From positions 92,502-156,501 of the forward strand of contig NIVC01002618.1 of assembly GCA_002269645.1 (NCBI GenBank): a stretch of DNA of 64,000 nt, in the 5' to 3' direction. Shown here piece by piece: positions 24,318 to 53,279 of this stretch. A program made the position numbers and the translations under genes. The stretch's first letter is position 1. The number at the start of each line of letters is the position of its first letter. Below the pieces are notes generated by a model. It did no database searches, was not told the origin of the DNA, and worked only from the letters and a program-made list of their open reading frames with translations. The stretch is from Macrostomum lignano (Eukaryota).

Positions 24318-24843
24318 TGAGTCAGCTCTGTCGGTGGCATGGAGTGTGTTTGAGTCATGAGGATATCATTGGGTGTTGATAACTTGAATGGCGAGCTCTG
24401 TGAGTTATAGTCACGTGTTATGGGGATATATTTGAGTCATGCATGCGCAACCTCCTGATTTACCTTCTTCAAAAAAGCCTTTGCAAACTTAACGTAATTT
24501 TGGGTAAACGGCTGGAGTAACCTTAACTGTATTGTTAAGGCTAAATGCCTCGTCATCTAGTCAGTACTATAGGCCCGTATTTTTGGGTGGGCATTTTGTG
24601 GATTGGCTGTTGCACATGTATGATTTGAGTCATAATTCTTAAGCTCAGAGTTCGGTCAAACGACTCAAGGGCGATGCTTTATTGATATGAGCACATTGCG
24701 TTTGAGTCATGAGATTTTAACATCATTATTTATATCACCAGAATTGGTAGGTCACGGGAATCTTGAATTTCAGTAATGAGCTCTCTATCTAAGCGCAAGG
24801 CGAGTAGTCATAGGACTCATAAGGTCAGGATGAGCTTGAGTCA
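24318..24843. promoter_or_regulatory. Cluster of six AP-1-type TGAGTCA sites just upstream of the SPDEF-like coding start
   Basis: Sites at 24318, 24351, 24433, 24626, 24703 and 24837 in non-repetitive sequence. Confidence 0.55.
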
Positions 24844-26794
24844 TGGGCTCTTGAGTCCTATATGATTAAGCTTAATTTAAGCTACCGGTATATGCATAAG
24901 CAGATCTTTTTTTAGAATGACAATCACTGCACAATGCGTCACTAGGTTTAGTCTGGCGCACTCGGAAGGGGCAGCGTAGGAGACGGACAAAGAAGGACGA
25001 GTGTATGAAGCGCTCACTCCAACTCGAGCTGGCATTATCTAAAACTGCCTGACCCTCCCCAGCTTCAACCTTCCATCAAGCACAATAGCAGCATTTAGCA
25101 TCCAAAATATCTAGTGCAGCCGCAATATATGAAAATAATATTTTATTAAGAAACAGGGTACGAGTTGAGGTTAGGTAATGCTCAGGGACTGGGTCAGGGA
25201 CTGCGTTTTGTTCCGGCATAATAATATGCAACCTGTTTTTTTAGATTTTTAGCACTACTATAAATTGCCATAATTAATAATTTGAGCACTAATTAAGCCT
25301 TGATAACTGGTTACTCTCTCATATTCGGCAACATAATCTCACAGACAAGTGCTGGAGCAATTCTGCCCATTTCGCTGAGAGACTGTCTATGGTAAAAAGT
25401 CATTTACTGCCATGCTTTTTATACCTAACAGCAATGGGGGGGGGGTTGTCTGGAAGTGAGAATTCGTGGTAATGGCCATAGACACGAGCGGGGACAGCTA
25501 ACTTCATTGGTAAATTTGTCCATCAGGATCTGAGTGGGAAGGGGGAATGGAGGTGTGGAGGCGACGTCCCCACTTACAACCATAGACTATTTTATTTTAC
25601 GCTCATAGACTCGTTCGTTTTCTAAAATGATATCCCGGTTCCCGGTAAATTGATATATTGTCAAATTCAAACAATGACCATAGACATTTTGAAGAATGTG
25701 AAATCGTGGATTATTTTTCTCACGTTCAATAAAAATAAATTCATTTTTCGCCTGCTACCCAGTATTCCGGATTTTAGCCATAAAAATGTTAATAAACAAC
25801 TTCAAGTAAATATTGTCACTATGAAGTAAAGTGTTGGGCAGAATTTCAACCTGCTGTGTGTTTAGCAGTTTGTTAGGAACTGCGGTGCGGTGCAAGTTTA
25901 TAATATAAAGCAATGACTCACAACCATGATGTTAATTGCTAAAAGCTCGTTTGTTTATTAAAAATCCGAGTGACAATTTTTATGCTCCATGATGTAAATG
26001 GAGCCGCGTGCACCATCTAATATTAGCTGCATCTGCCAATGGCCCAGTGAGCGGTGCTTGACAATAATAAACAGTAAAACTCGTGACTTGAAGCAGAAAC
26101 TAATAGAAGAGAGAGCAGAAAATTAGTTTGCTAAAATAATTTATTACCTTTTAGCCTCTGGTTCAGCTGACAGGTGACCCCTAATTAGGGGGACAGGTGA
26201 CCCTTAATCCATCCCTTAATCCCTGGTGTTACAAAACCAACCGGTGATCCCCTAATCCCGCTGTAAATTCTCGACTTCCAATAAGATGACAGCTGACTCC
26301 AGTTCAACTTACCGAATAGTAAGTAGGTAATTATAGTACCGATTAAGAGTCATAAGAATATAGATTGTTACACAATTTCAGTATCTGTAATGGAATGCAC
26401 CATTACACTCCGCGCTGCACATGGTTAAAAAACAGCTACTTGAACGACTAACTGAATGAATTATAGAAAACAGAGCACAAACTTATACACTACACAATAC
26501 TCCATGAATTCCGAACTAGGATATCTGCTATCTGTCTCTTATCTCTGTTCCATAATGATATACTCGAGTATTGGAGACATTTCCTTCATTCCTGTGCGCA
26601 TTGATATCTGCGTAAGACAGACGTATTAGCGTCGGTTGTGGATAATATTAAATTGCTTGTGCATGCAAGCCAGTTTGTCTTGGAACTGGTACATCCGGTC
26701 ACCTATTCCAGGATTAGGTGAGCTGCCTTCTGATTACGTGAGACAGCTAGAAGAAATATTTAATCAATTACGAGCTTTGGGGTTCATAAGACAG

Positions 26795-28990
26795 GGCACC
26801 AAATCTATAGACATTACAGCAGATGGAGGCACCAAACCTACAGATACTACAGCAGCTGGAGATGCCAAATCTATAGATACTACAGCAGCTGGAGATGCCA
26901 AATCTATAGATACTACAGCAGATGGAGATGCCAAATCTATAGATACTATGGGAGATGGGGGCACCAAATCTATAGATACTATGGGAGATGGGGGCAACAA
27001 ATCTATAGATACTATGGGAGATGGGGGCACCAAATCTATAGATACTATGGGAGATGGGGGCACCAAATCTATAGATACTATGGGAGATGGGGGCACCAAA
27101 TCTATAGATACTATGGGAGATGGGGGCACCAAATCTATAGATACTACAGCAGCTGGAGATGCCAAATCTATAGATACTACAGTAGATGGAGACACCAAAT
27201 CTATAGATACTACAGCAGCTGGAGATGCCAAATCTATAGATACTACAGTAGATGGAGACACCAAATCTATAGATACTACAGTAGATGGAGACACCAAATC
27301 TATAGATACTGCAGTAGATGGAGACACCAAATCTATAGATACTACGGTAGATGGAGACACCAAATCTATAGATACTACAGTAGATGGAGGCACCAAATCT
27401 ATAGATACTGCAGTAGATGGAGACACCAAATCTATAGATACTATGGGAGATGGGGGCAACAAATCTATAGATACTATGGGAGATGGGGGCAACAAATCTA
27501 TAGATACTGCAGTAGATGGAGGCACCAAATCTATAGATACTATGGGAGATGGGGGCACCAAATCTATAGATACTACAGTAGATGGAGGCACCAAATCTAT
27601 AGATACTATGGGAGATGGGGGCACCAAATCTATAGATACTTCAGTAGATGGAGACACCAAATCTATAGATACTATGAGAGATGGGGGCACCAAATCTATA
27701 GATACTGCAGTAGATGGAGACACCAAATCTATAGATACTATGGGAGATGGAGGCAACAAATCTATAGATACTGCAGTAGATGGAGGCACCAAATCTATAG
27801 ATACTATGGGAGATGGGGGCACCAAATCTATAGATACTACAGTAGATGGAGGCACCAAATCTATAGATACTATGGGAGATGGGGGCACCAAATCTATAGA
27901 TACTGCAGTAGATGGAGGCACCAAATCTATAGATACTATGGGAGATGGGGGCACCAAATCTATAGATACTACAGTAGATGGAGACACCAAATCTATAGAT
28001 ACTATGAGAGATGGGGGCACCAAATCTATAGATACTACAGCAGATGGAGATGCCAAATCTATAGATACTATGGGAGATGGGGGCACCAAATCTATAGATA
28101 CTTCAGTAGATGGAGACACCAAATCTATAGATACTATGGGAGATGGGGGCAACAAATCTATAGATACTACAGTAGATGGAGGCACCAAATCTATAGATAC
28201 TGCAGTAGATGGAGACACCAAATCTATAGATACTATGGGAGATGGGGGCACCAAATCTATAGATACTGCAGTAGATGGAGGCACCAAATCTATAGATACT
28301 ATGGGAGATGGGGGCACCAAATCTATAGATACTACAGCAGATGGAGATGCCAAATCTATAGATACTATGGGAGATGGGGGCACCAAATCTATAGATACTT
28401 CAGTAGATGGAGACACCAAATCTATAGATACTATGGGAGATGGGGGCAACAAATCTATAGATACTGCAGTAGATGGAGACACCAAATCTATAGATACTAC
28501 GGGAGATGGAGGCACCAAATCTATAGATACTACAGTAGATGGAGGCACCAAATCTATAGATACTACAGCAGATGAAGATGCCAAATCTATAGATACTACG
28601 GTAGATTGAAGCACCAAATCTATAGATACTATGGTAGATTGAAGCACCAAATCTATAGATACTACGGTAGATTGAAGCACCAAATCTATAGATACTACGG
28701 GAGATTTAGGCACCAAATCTATAGATACTACGGGAGATTTAGGCACCAAATCTATAGATACTACGGGAGATTTAGGCACCAAATCTATAGATACTACGGG
28801 AGATTGAAGCACCAAATCTATAGATACTACGGGAGATTGAAGCACCAAATCTATAGATACTACGGGAGATGGAGGCACCAAATCTATAGATACTACGGTA
28901 GATTGAAGCACCAAATCTATAGATACTACGGTAGATTGAAGCACCAAATCTATAGATACTACGGTAGATTGAAGCACCAAATCTATAGTT
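26795..28990. repeat. 33-bp variant minisatellite (caccaaatctatagatactatgggagatggggg), about 65 units
   Basis: Near-invariant core containing the palindrome ATCTATAGAT, with a variable second half. It produces the long 26636 and 26764 ORFs. Confidence 0.95.
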
Positions 28991-31206
28991 CTTTCAGCTA
29001 TAAACACAATGTCATGTAACAGTTAAACAAACATAAATTTCCCGGGCAATCAGAGCTAAGAATTAAAATACTATTAATTCTAAACTGGGAAGACACGAAC
29101 TGCGGAAGGAACAGCTCAAGAGATACGACTGGAGCCCAGAGAGGCCTGGGCATCTGCACTCAGCCTCAGCCTTCAAACTAAAATTAAGAAAACGGTGGAA
29201 CCTCCAATCTAATAGTATGGTGGCATTAAACTGTAGTATTACAATTAGATATAAGCAAGCCAGGAGACATGGAAAGTGCACTAAAAGAACGAAATCTATT
29301 TATTTTAACATCGAACTGCATATCTTTAATTAGGTCAACAGAATTTTAAACTTACATTTTGTCACAGTTTACTGGTCTCCGGGTCTCGAAATTTTGATTT
29401 AATTGGGCTCAAGGATGCATGCAGGGTGTGCAGCAACGGTTCTTGCTAATATAAAATTTCTTTACTAGCCCTGGATGTCCAGACGTCTCAAGTTGATGCA
29501 GAATAACAAAAAACAGCACAGAGAGGAGTTCAGTTGTGCAGCTTGAGTACTACGGTACGGATGCAGAGCACAGCTACAACTGTACGCTGTTGTAGTTGTT
29601 GGTGGATGCTGGCTATTCTTCAATATGAGAATCCGAGAGGTAAACCAACCGAAGCAAAAGCGTGTTTCAACTTTCGCCTTACTATCCGAACCTCGAGCTA
29701 TTTTACTTAAAGAAGCGCCTACTCTATTCAACTGGTTGCACTCGCGCTGTACACCAAAAACTTAAGCAGTTAGAACTGAAGCGATAGATAAAAACTGCGC
29801 ACTCTGCATTCGGCTCACTGTTTTCAAGAGAGTAGCTGGCTATACTCGCTAAGAACGCGCCCTTTTTTGCCTTCCTCTCGTTTAGCCTGCTTTGGTGTAT
29901 AATAAAAGGCCAGGTCAAAACGGTTCGGGGGGGGGGGGTTGCGGGGCTGCGGGCTGGACAGAGAGGCGCAAATCTGTGGCTTGGATAGTGGGGTGTCGTA
30001 AACTGCCGGGACATTGGGTTTTCAAGATTAAGACACTGCGCTTTTGGTGCAGTGTACAATTTAATGCGGCCCAATGTACATTGCCTGGCTGCGACTGAGA
30101 GCTGTTGCTGCAAGGTGGATAGAAATGGCGCGTGGCGGCTTGGGCGTGGTTCAGTTTTAGCAATTAAAAACCGGCGTCGGAGCGGGGAAGAGATTCAATG
30201 TACATTTCAGCCCCTCCTTGAGGCACAAATCCAACCCCAACCCCACCAGAGAGCGCAGTTCGCTCACAATGCAATGCGCGCGCTAGAGAAAACAAACCAT
30301 TCTCGGGCCGTTTAGCTGGGCCTTCCGTTTCGTTTCGCCTGAGTTTGCTGACCTAACTATCTATATAAAGCTTTTCTATCCAACCCAAACCCACCCCCTC
30401 ACGGGCCACGCCACGCATCGCGGGCGCGGGCGAAGTAAAACCAGTTTCTCGCTGTGAATAATGAACTTGGAGCAAAGGCCCCTCAGGGTTGGGTGTTGTT
30501 TGTTTGAAATGAGAGGCAGGCAACGGATGATGTGTGAGTGGAGTGTGAGAGTGTGCTAGCTGTGCGTACGTGGTCGTGTGCCCTGGCGGACCTCTTGCTG
30601 CGTTTGCCTCGTGGCCACTTTTATATTTCGATCATAGTCTTTCTGCTTTAGCTAGTGTAAAACTGAGGCTGAGCACATATTGCTTCGATACAATGGGCAG
30701 TGCGTATTTAGGGTAGTTTTAAATAAAATCTCTCAACAGAGTGAGGTAAAGACTATATATGGACAAAAACTATTGCTATGCTCATCTCTTGAGCGTGTAT
30801 AACGATTCTATTGTATCTTATAAGCCACAAGCTTTGTCTTGCGGTCAATTTTTCATTACATTTTCGGCTTGGACTTGGACGGGCCTGAGCATGATGCAGC
30901 AGCAAAAGAGAACTTCCTATTTTTAGCATGCTTTGCTTACGAATAGAAAGGATAAGATTCACGTCCGTTCAAGCAATTTACGCCCGTAGGCGTCACTGTT
31001 TTCATTTATGAATCGTGCCTAATCAAGATGACGCTCTCCTTCATTGCGCCCAGTCCGGGAGTCTGAATAATGTAATGCATATTATGTTAAAATAAGTGAT
31101 GCGTCATCGCAACGGCGACGGGCAATTTTTCCAAAATTTTACATTTTTGTTTCGGGAGACGCCAAAGATATCAGAGAGTTGGCTTAAGTTCCTTGGGTGG
31201 ACTTTA

Positions 31207-31785
31207 GTTTAGCGGCCAGAGATTTTAGCGGCCAGAGATTTTAGCGGCCAGGGACTTTAGCGGCCAGGGACTTTAGCGGCCAGGGACTTTAGCGCCCAGG
31301 GACTTTAGCGGCCAGGGGCGCCAGCACCAGGGACTTTAGCGGCCAGAGGCGCCAGCACCAGAGGCGCTAGCACCAGAGGCGCCAGCACCAGAGGCGCCAG
31401 CACCAGAGGCGCCAGCACCAGAGGCGCCAGCACCAGAGGCGCCAGCACCAGAGGCGCCAGCACCAGAGGCGCCAGCACCAGAGGCGCCAGCACCAGAGGC
31501 GCCAGCACCAGGGGCGCCAGCACCAGGGGCGCCAGCACCAGGGGCGCCAGCACCAGGGGCGCCAGCACCAGGGGCGCCAGCACCAGGGGCGCCAGCACCA
31601 GGGGCGCCAGCACCAGGGGCGCCAGCACCAGGGGCGCCAGCACCAGGGGCGCCAGCACCAGGGGCGCCAGCACCAGGGGCGCCAGCACCAGGGGCGCCAG
31701 CACCAGGGGCGCCAGCACCAGGGGCGCCAGCACCAGGGGCGCCAGCACCAGGGGCGCCAGCACCAGGGGCGCCAGCACCAGGGGT
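31207..31785. repeat. 16-bp unit (tttagcggccagggac) followed by a 15-bp array (gccagcaccaggggc)
   Basis: Seen directly. Confidence 0.93.
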
Positions 31786-32740
31786 GGTCTCTAAAGAGAA
31801 ATCCTGGCCCCTGATTTTTCAAGGCGATGCCCCCTTGATCACGACTATTTGACCTCTTTGGGGCGCCCATGGTGTGCACTATAAATTCTAATTATCTGGT
31901 AACCCTATCAGTCATTCAATGCAATCTGATGCTTCTCAGTCAGCAACATTATCCTGTGCCCCGAGCTACCTTCAAAGGCTCTTTAGCTGTGATACATTTT
32001 TGTACCTTCTTCTGAGGCCATTCCAGCGCAGCTGAGGTTGCATGAGTATTGCTTGCTGCAGTAAATCAGGGTGGCAATAGCTTAGGTACATAAATATAAA
32101 TTGGCAAAACGCTTGAATAAACAATCACTACGAGATTTGCATCATCCTCTCGTGCTTGTTGATACATATGCTGTAACATGTCCTGTACGTACGCTTTCAC
32201 AGAAAGCATACGAAAAACCGGTGCTTCGTCAGATTGGCCGAGTGACTGTCACTGACTGAGCTAATTTAAAACATGCAACAATGTGCCTACCTATGCGTGT
32301 ATCCGGTGCTATCACACTACGTCCTTCGTGGGGGGTAACGTTGATGCCCTTATTTTAAACAAACTGTTTTACGTCATTAAAATCATACGGCATAAGTTGA
32401 AACTTGAATGGCTGCCAAACTTCAAAGTCGGCAAATCGGAAAGACAACATGCAAAGTTTAACTACCGACTCCTTTAAGGTGCAAAATTATAAAATCGTGT
32501 GTGCTGGTATTTTATTCGCATGGAACTACTTTTTAGTAGGCACGTACGCGTCAATCACTTGCTACAGGTAGAAAAATCGTATCTACTCAGAAAATGGAGG
32601 AACTCGTCTCTCTTGGAGCCAATTAGTAAAGAGCTGCCCGAATACTCGCTGCTTGAGCAGGATGGCTGATAAATAGGCTCGCATGAAGAAGCTTAGAGGA
32701 AATAAGCTATCTTTTGTCTTGCTTCGTAACAGACTTAGAC

Positions 32741-49609
<16,869 letters not shown>

Positions 49610-49614
49610 CGATG

Positions 49615-50100
49615 CAACCTTGATGTTTTGGAGTGACCTTGGAGCGTTTGAAGCAACCTTGAAGTTTTGGAGTGACCTTAATTGGAGCGTTTGAGCAACA
49701 TTGAAGTTTTGGAGTGACCTTTGGAGCTTTTGAAGCGACCTTGAAGTTTTGAAGTGACCTTGGAGCTTTTGAAGTGACCTTGGAGCTTATGAAGTGACGT
49801 TGAAGTTTTGGAGTGACCTTGGAGCTTATGAAGTGACGTTGAAGTTTTGGAGTGACCTTGGAGCGTTTGAAGCAACCTTGAAGTTTTGGAGTGACTTTTG
49901 GAGCGTTTGAAGCAACCTTGAAGTTTTGGAGGGACTTTTGGAGCGTTTGAAGCAACCTTGAAGTTTTGGAGTGACTTTTGGAGCGTTTGAAGCAACCTTG
50001 AAGTTTTGGAGGGACTTTTGGAGCGTTTGAAGCAACCTTGAAGTTTTGGAGTGACTTTTGGAGCGTTTGAATGACCTTGAGAAACGTTAGTGACCTTAAA
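49615..50100. repeat. ~40-bp minisatellite (ttggagcgtttgaagcaaccttgaagttttggagtgactt) right after the GPCR stop codon
   Basis: Seen directly. Confidence 0.88.
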
Positions 50101-51756
50101 GAATTGGAACTATCTTGAGAAGCTGAAGTGACTTCAGTGTGACCTTGAAATGTCTTTAAAGCAATAGATTTGATCTTTAACGAGAATACTCTGACAGAAA
50201 CAAACAGAAACAAAAGCAAATACTCTGACGGAATGGTCCTAAATCCGTGTTATCGAGATTCTTCAAAATTTGAGTAGTTGCGCAAGTTAAAGTTGGATCT
50301 CTTTGCATAGATCGTGGTTAAAATATTTAAAAGAATGTTTATTCCGAGCACATAATTATTACCCGTTAAAGAATCGCACCACAACGCAATATGTACTCAT
50401 ATTAATTAATGATAATGGTCTCTAGTAGAATGGTCCTGACACCATGCTACACGTAGACAGAAAATTTAAAATCGATGTATTCGCACTCTAGTGTAGATCG
50501 TAGAGAAAAACTTTCTATTAAATGTTTTTTCTGAGCACATTATAATTTCTCGTTATAAGAATCGCACTAGAAAACTGCTACTTACTTGCACCGACGCAGT
50601 ATTTTAAAAAGTTCTCATCCGATATAATTTAGTACGAATGTTGTGCAGCAATCATTTTTTATGTTAAAAACTAATCATGATTATTTTACTGTAGCGTTTC
50701 CCTCTTATTCAATCAAAGTCCCTAAGATGAATTCTTGGCACATTGTCAGCTGATTTTCCGTGCAGGAATGGATGTCAAATGGTAAAATCTCATTGAAAAA
50801 GCATTGAAAAGAGCAGAAATGTATTCCTGCACGATCACTCATCCCACAATGGGATTCCTTCACGTTCACTCGTGCGTGAAAGATATCATGCACTCGTGAC
50901 TGTGCAGAAATTATCATCTAGAGGTTCAGAAAGCCTTTGACTTGTATTTCCGTGAACCGTGAAACCTGCAGCAGGTAATCAAACAAAATTAAATGAGTAT
51001 TCGTGTTTTTTCATAACTGTTTCAAGCAATAATTCGTATTGTCCTTGTAACTCAGATTTATCAGCGTGTCCTGTCGAAAGCATTCTATAAATTGTCAGTT
51101 CTGGCACAATTTCACTGCCATGGGAAAATATAACAGTTAAGCATCGGCAACCTGACATTCTCTTTGATTACTCCTTTTCACGTAGGAAATATGCGGGAAA
51201 TTCTTGTTCTCATGATTAAATTCTGCTCCGTGTCGTGAATTATTAATGAAAAGCGCTATAGGACCGCGGTTTCAACACGCGTTTGATTTTAATAAAATTT
51301 GTTTTAATCACTGTCGAAGATTTTTCCCAGCGGGATTTGTCTCCCGACACAACTGATTAGCCCTTATTACGAGGAGCAAGAAAACATCCAGATGAATGAT
51401 TTACGTTCTGTAATAATTCAAACAAAAATTTAGAAATCCTCATGACAAAAGCAGCAGAAGCAAGATCCACGGCTCCATCTCAAGTTACTTCTAAGCAAAT
51501 TGTAATTCTAAATTTTAAAAAACTTAAAACGTTTTTCGTTCCGGTTCTGTTATCGGAATAAAAAAAGTTAAAAAGCAACACTGAAAAATATTTTGAACTA
51601 ATTGTAAAAGCTAGCTTCTCAAATACACTCGGCAGCATTGGAAATTGAGCTCTCAAAACTACGAATATTTTGGTCAACTTGTCTCGGATTTTCGGTGCGA
51701 TTGACGCAATTAAAACTACTGTACGGATCAAATGGATATTTCTAAGGGCTGAGGGC

Positions 51757-52207
51757 CCACCCACCACACTCCATATACACCCCATCTCACTCCATACACA
51801 CCCACCTCTCTCCATACACACAAATCTCACTCCATGCACACCCATCTCACTCTATACACACCACCTCCCTCCATAGACACCCATCTCAATCCATACACTC
51901 CCACCTCCCTCCATAGACACCCATCTCACTCCATACACACCCACCTCCCTCCATAGACACCCATCTCACTCCATACACACCACCTCCCTCCATAGACACC
52001 CATCTCACTCCATACACACCACCTCCCTCCATAGACACCCATCTCACTCCATACACACCACCTCCCTCCATAGACACCCATCTCACTCCATACACACCAC
52101 CTCCCTCCATAGACACCCATCTCACTCCATACACACCACCTCCCTCCATAAACACCCATCTCACTCCATACACACCACCTCCCTCCATAGACACCCATCT
52201 CACTCCA
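51757..52207. repeat. 39-bp minisatellite (ccatacacaccacctccctccatagacacccatctcact)
   Basis: Seen directly. Confidence 0.93.
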
Positions 52208-53158
52208 ATGTTTCTGAGGATCAATCAAAACTGCTCTGATATTGAAGCATTCTTCGTCAATAAACGTCTTTGCTTATTCTATGAGAGACCGAATTATCCC
52301 TGATGTTTAGGAGACTCAAATGAGCTGGCCCATATGATATCTTTCGATTTTGTTGATGATGGTTGTTAAAATTAGCTTCTCTTTTAATTAATCGGAGTGA
52401 ACTTTACAAAACCTACTGAGGGCCTGCGGGCCGTTGGCTTTACAATGCAACTCTAATTTCCAAGTCTTTTGTTAATCCACAAAGAGACAGGAAGGAGTAT
52501 CAAAATTGGATGATTCAGTGCTGATATGTTTTTCGCTTTTCATCAAAACTTTCGCATATTTTTCAAGTTAGGGCTAGGGTATGTTACGAGAGTCTGGTTA
52601 GAGTAGTCACCACAATGTTTAGTGACTCGGAGCCTACGGCCTATGGCGGTTATAGTCAACCGCCACATCACGACACGAGGGTACTACTTTAATGTTGGGT
52701 AATAGTGTGACTGGGTGGTAGACATGTTAAACTGTTAATTCGTTCACTTGTTTCATATTTTTGGACTTTAAAAATAGAAAGGAAACGAATTCAAGCGAAA
52801 AAATAATTCAATTGGAACTATTTTATAGGATAGCCGACAGTTTTAGATGATATTTCCCATATAAGTTTCAACGCTGACTTGCCAGTAGTCTAGGAGAAAA
52901 GTTGCAACAAACAAACATCGCGTCGGTTTTAGTATAAGGAGAGACCAAATACAACAAACAACCCCGCCAGTTAAGATTGACGCAGGAATGACGGGGTGAA
53001 AGCTAATTTTGCTTGTAAATTTGAATGTTTCAACACAAAATTGGTTCGCGGGCCACTTTTACATAGTTTAGCAATTTGACGATCATTATTCACATTTTTA
53101 ATGCAGAACAATCCATTACTACAAACAATGCATTGTCTGTAGGATCGTCAAACAGAAA

Positions 53159-53279
53159 AACAATGCAAAGAATCAGCGGTCGCAGCACGTGACAACGATT
53201 TGTCTATGGCTCGCGCCTACCGGCGCTCGCCAGACAATCGTTGTCACGCACTGGGACCGTTGATTATTTATCCATTGTT
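53159..53279. other. Imperfect ~120-bp foldback (hairpin) element
   Basis: Arms aacaatg..gtgacaacgatttgtct / agacaatcgttgtcac..cattgtt; GC-rich loop with gcgcc-tacc-ggcgc. Confidence 0.75.

Noticed and set aside
26795-28990. CRISPR-like look (constant core plus variable segment)
   Set aside because: The variable parts are a few recurring alleles rather than unique spacers, there are no cas genes, and the context is eukaryotic.
29740-30620. GC-rich stretch with a TATATAAAG box
   Set aside because: No associated ORF, splice pattern or repeat boundaries that I could support.
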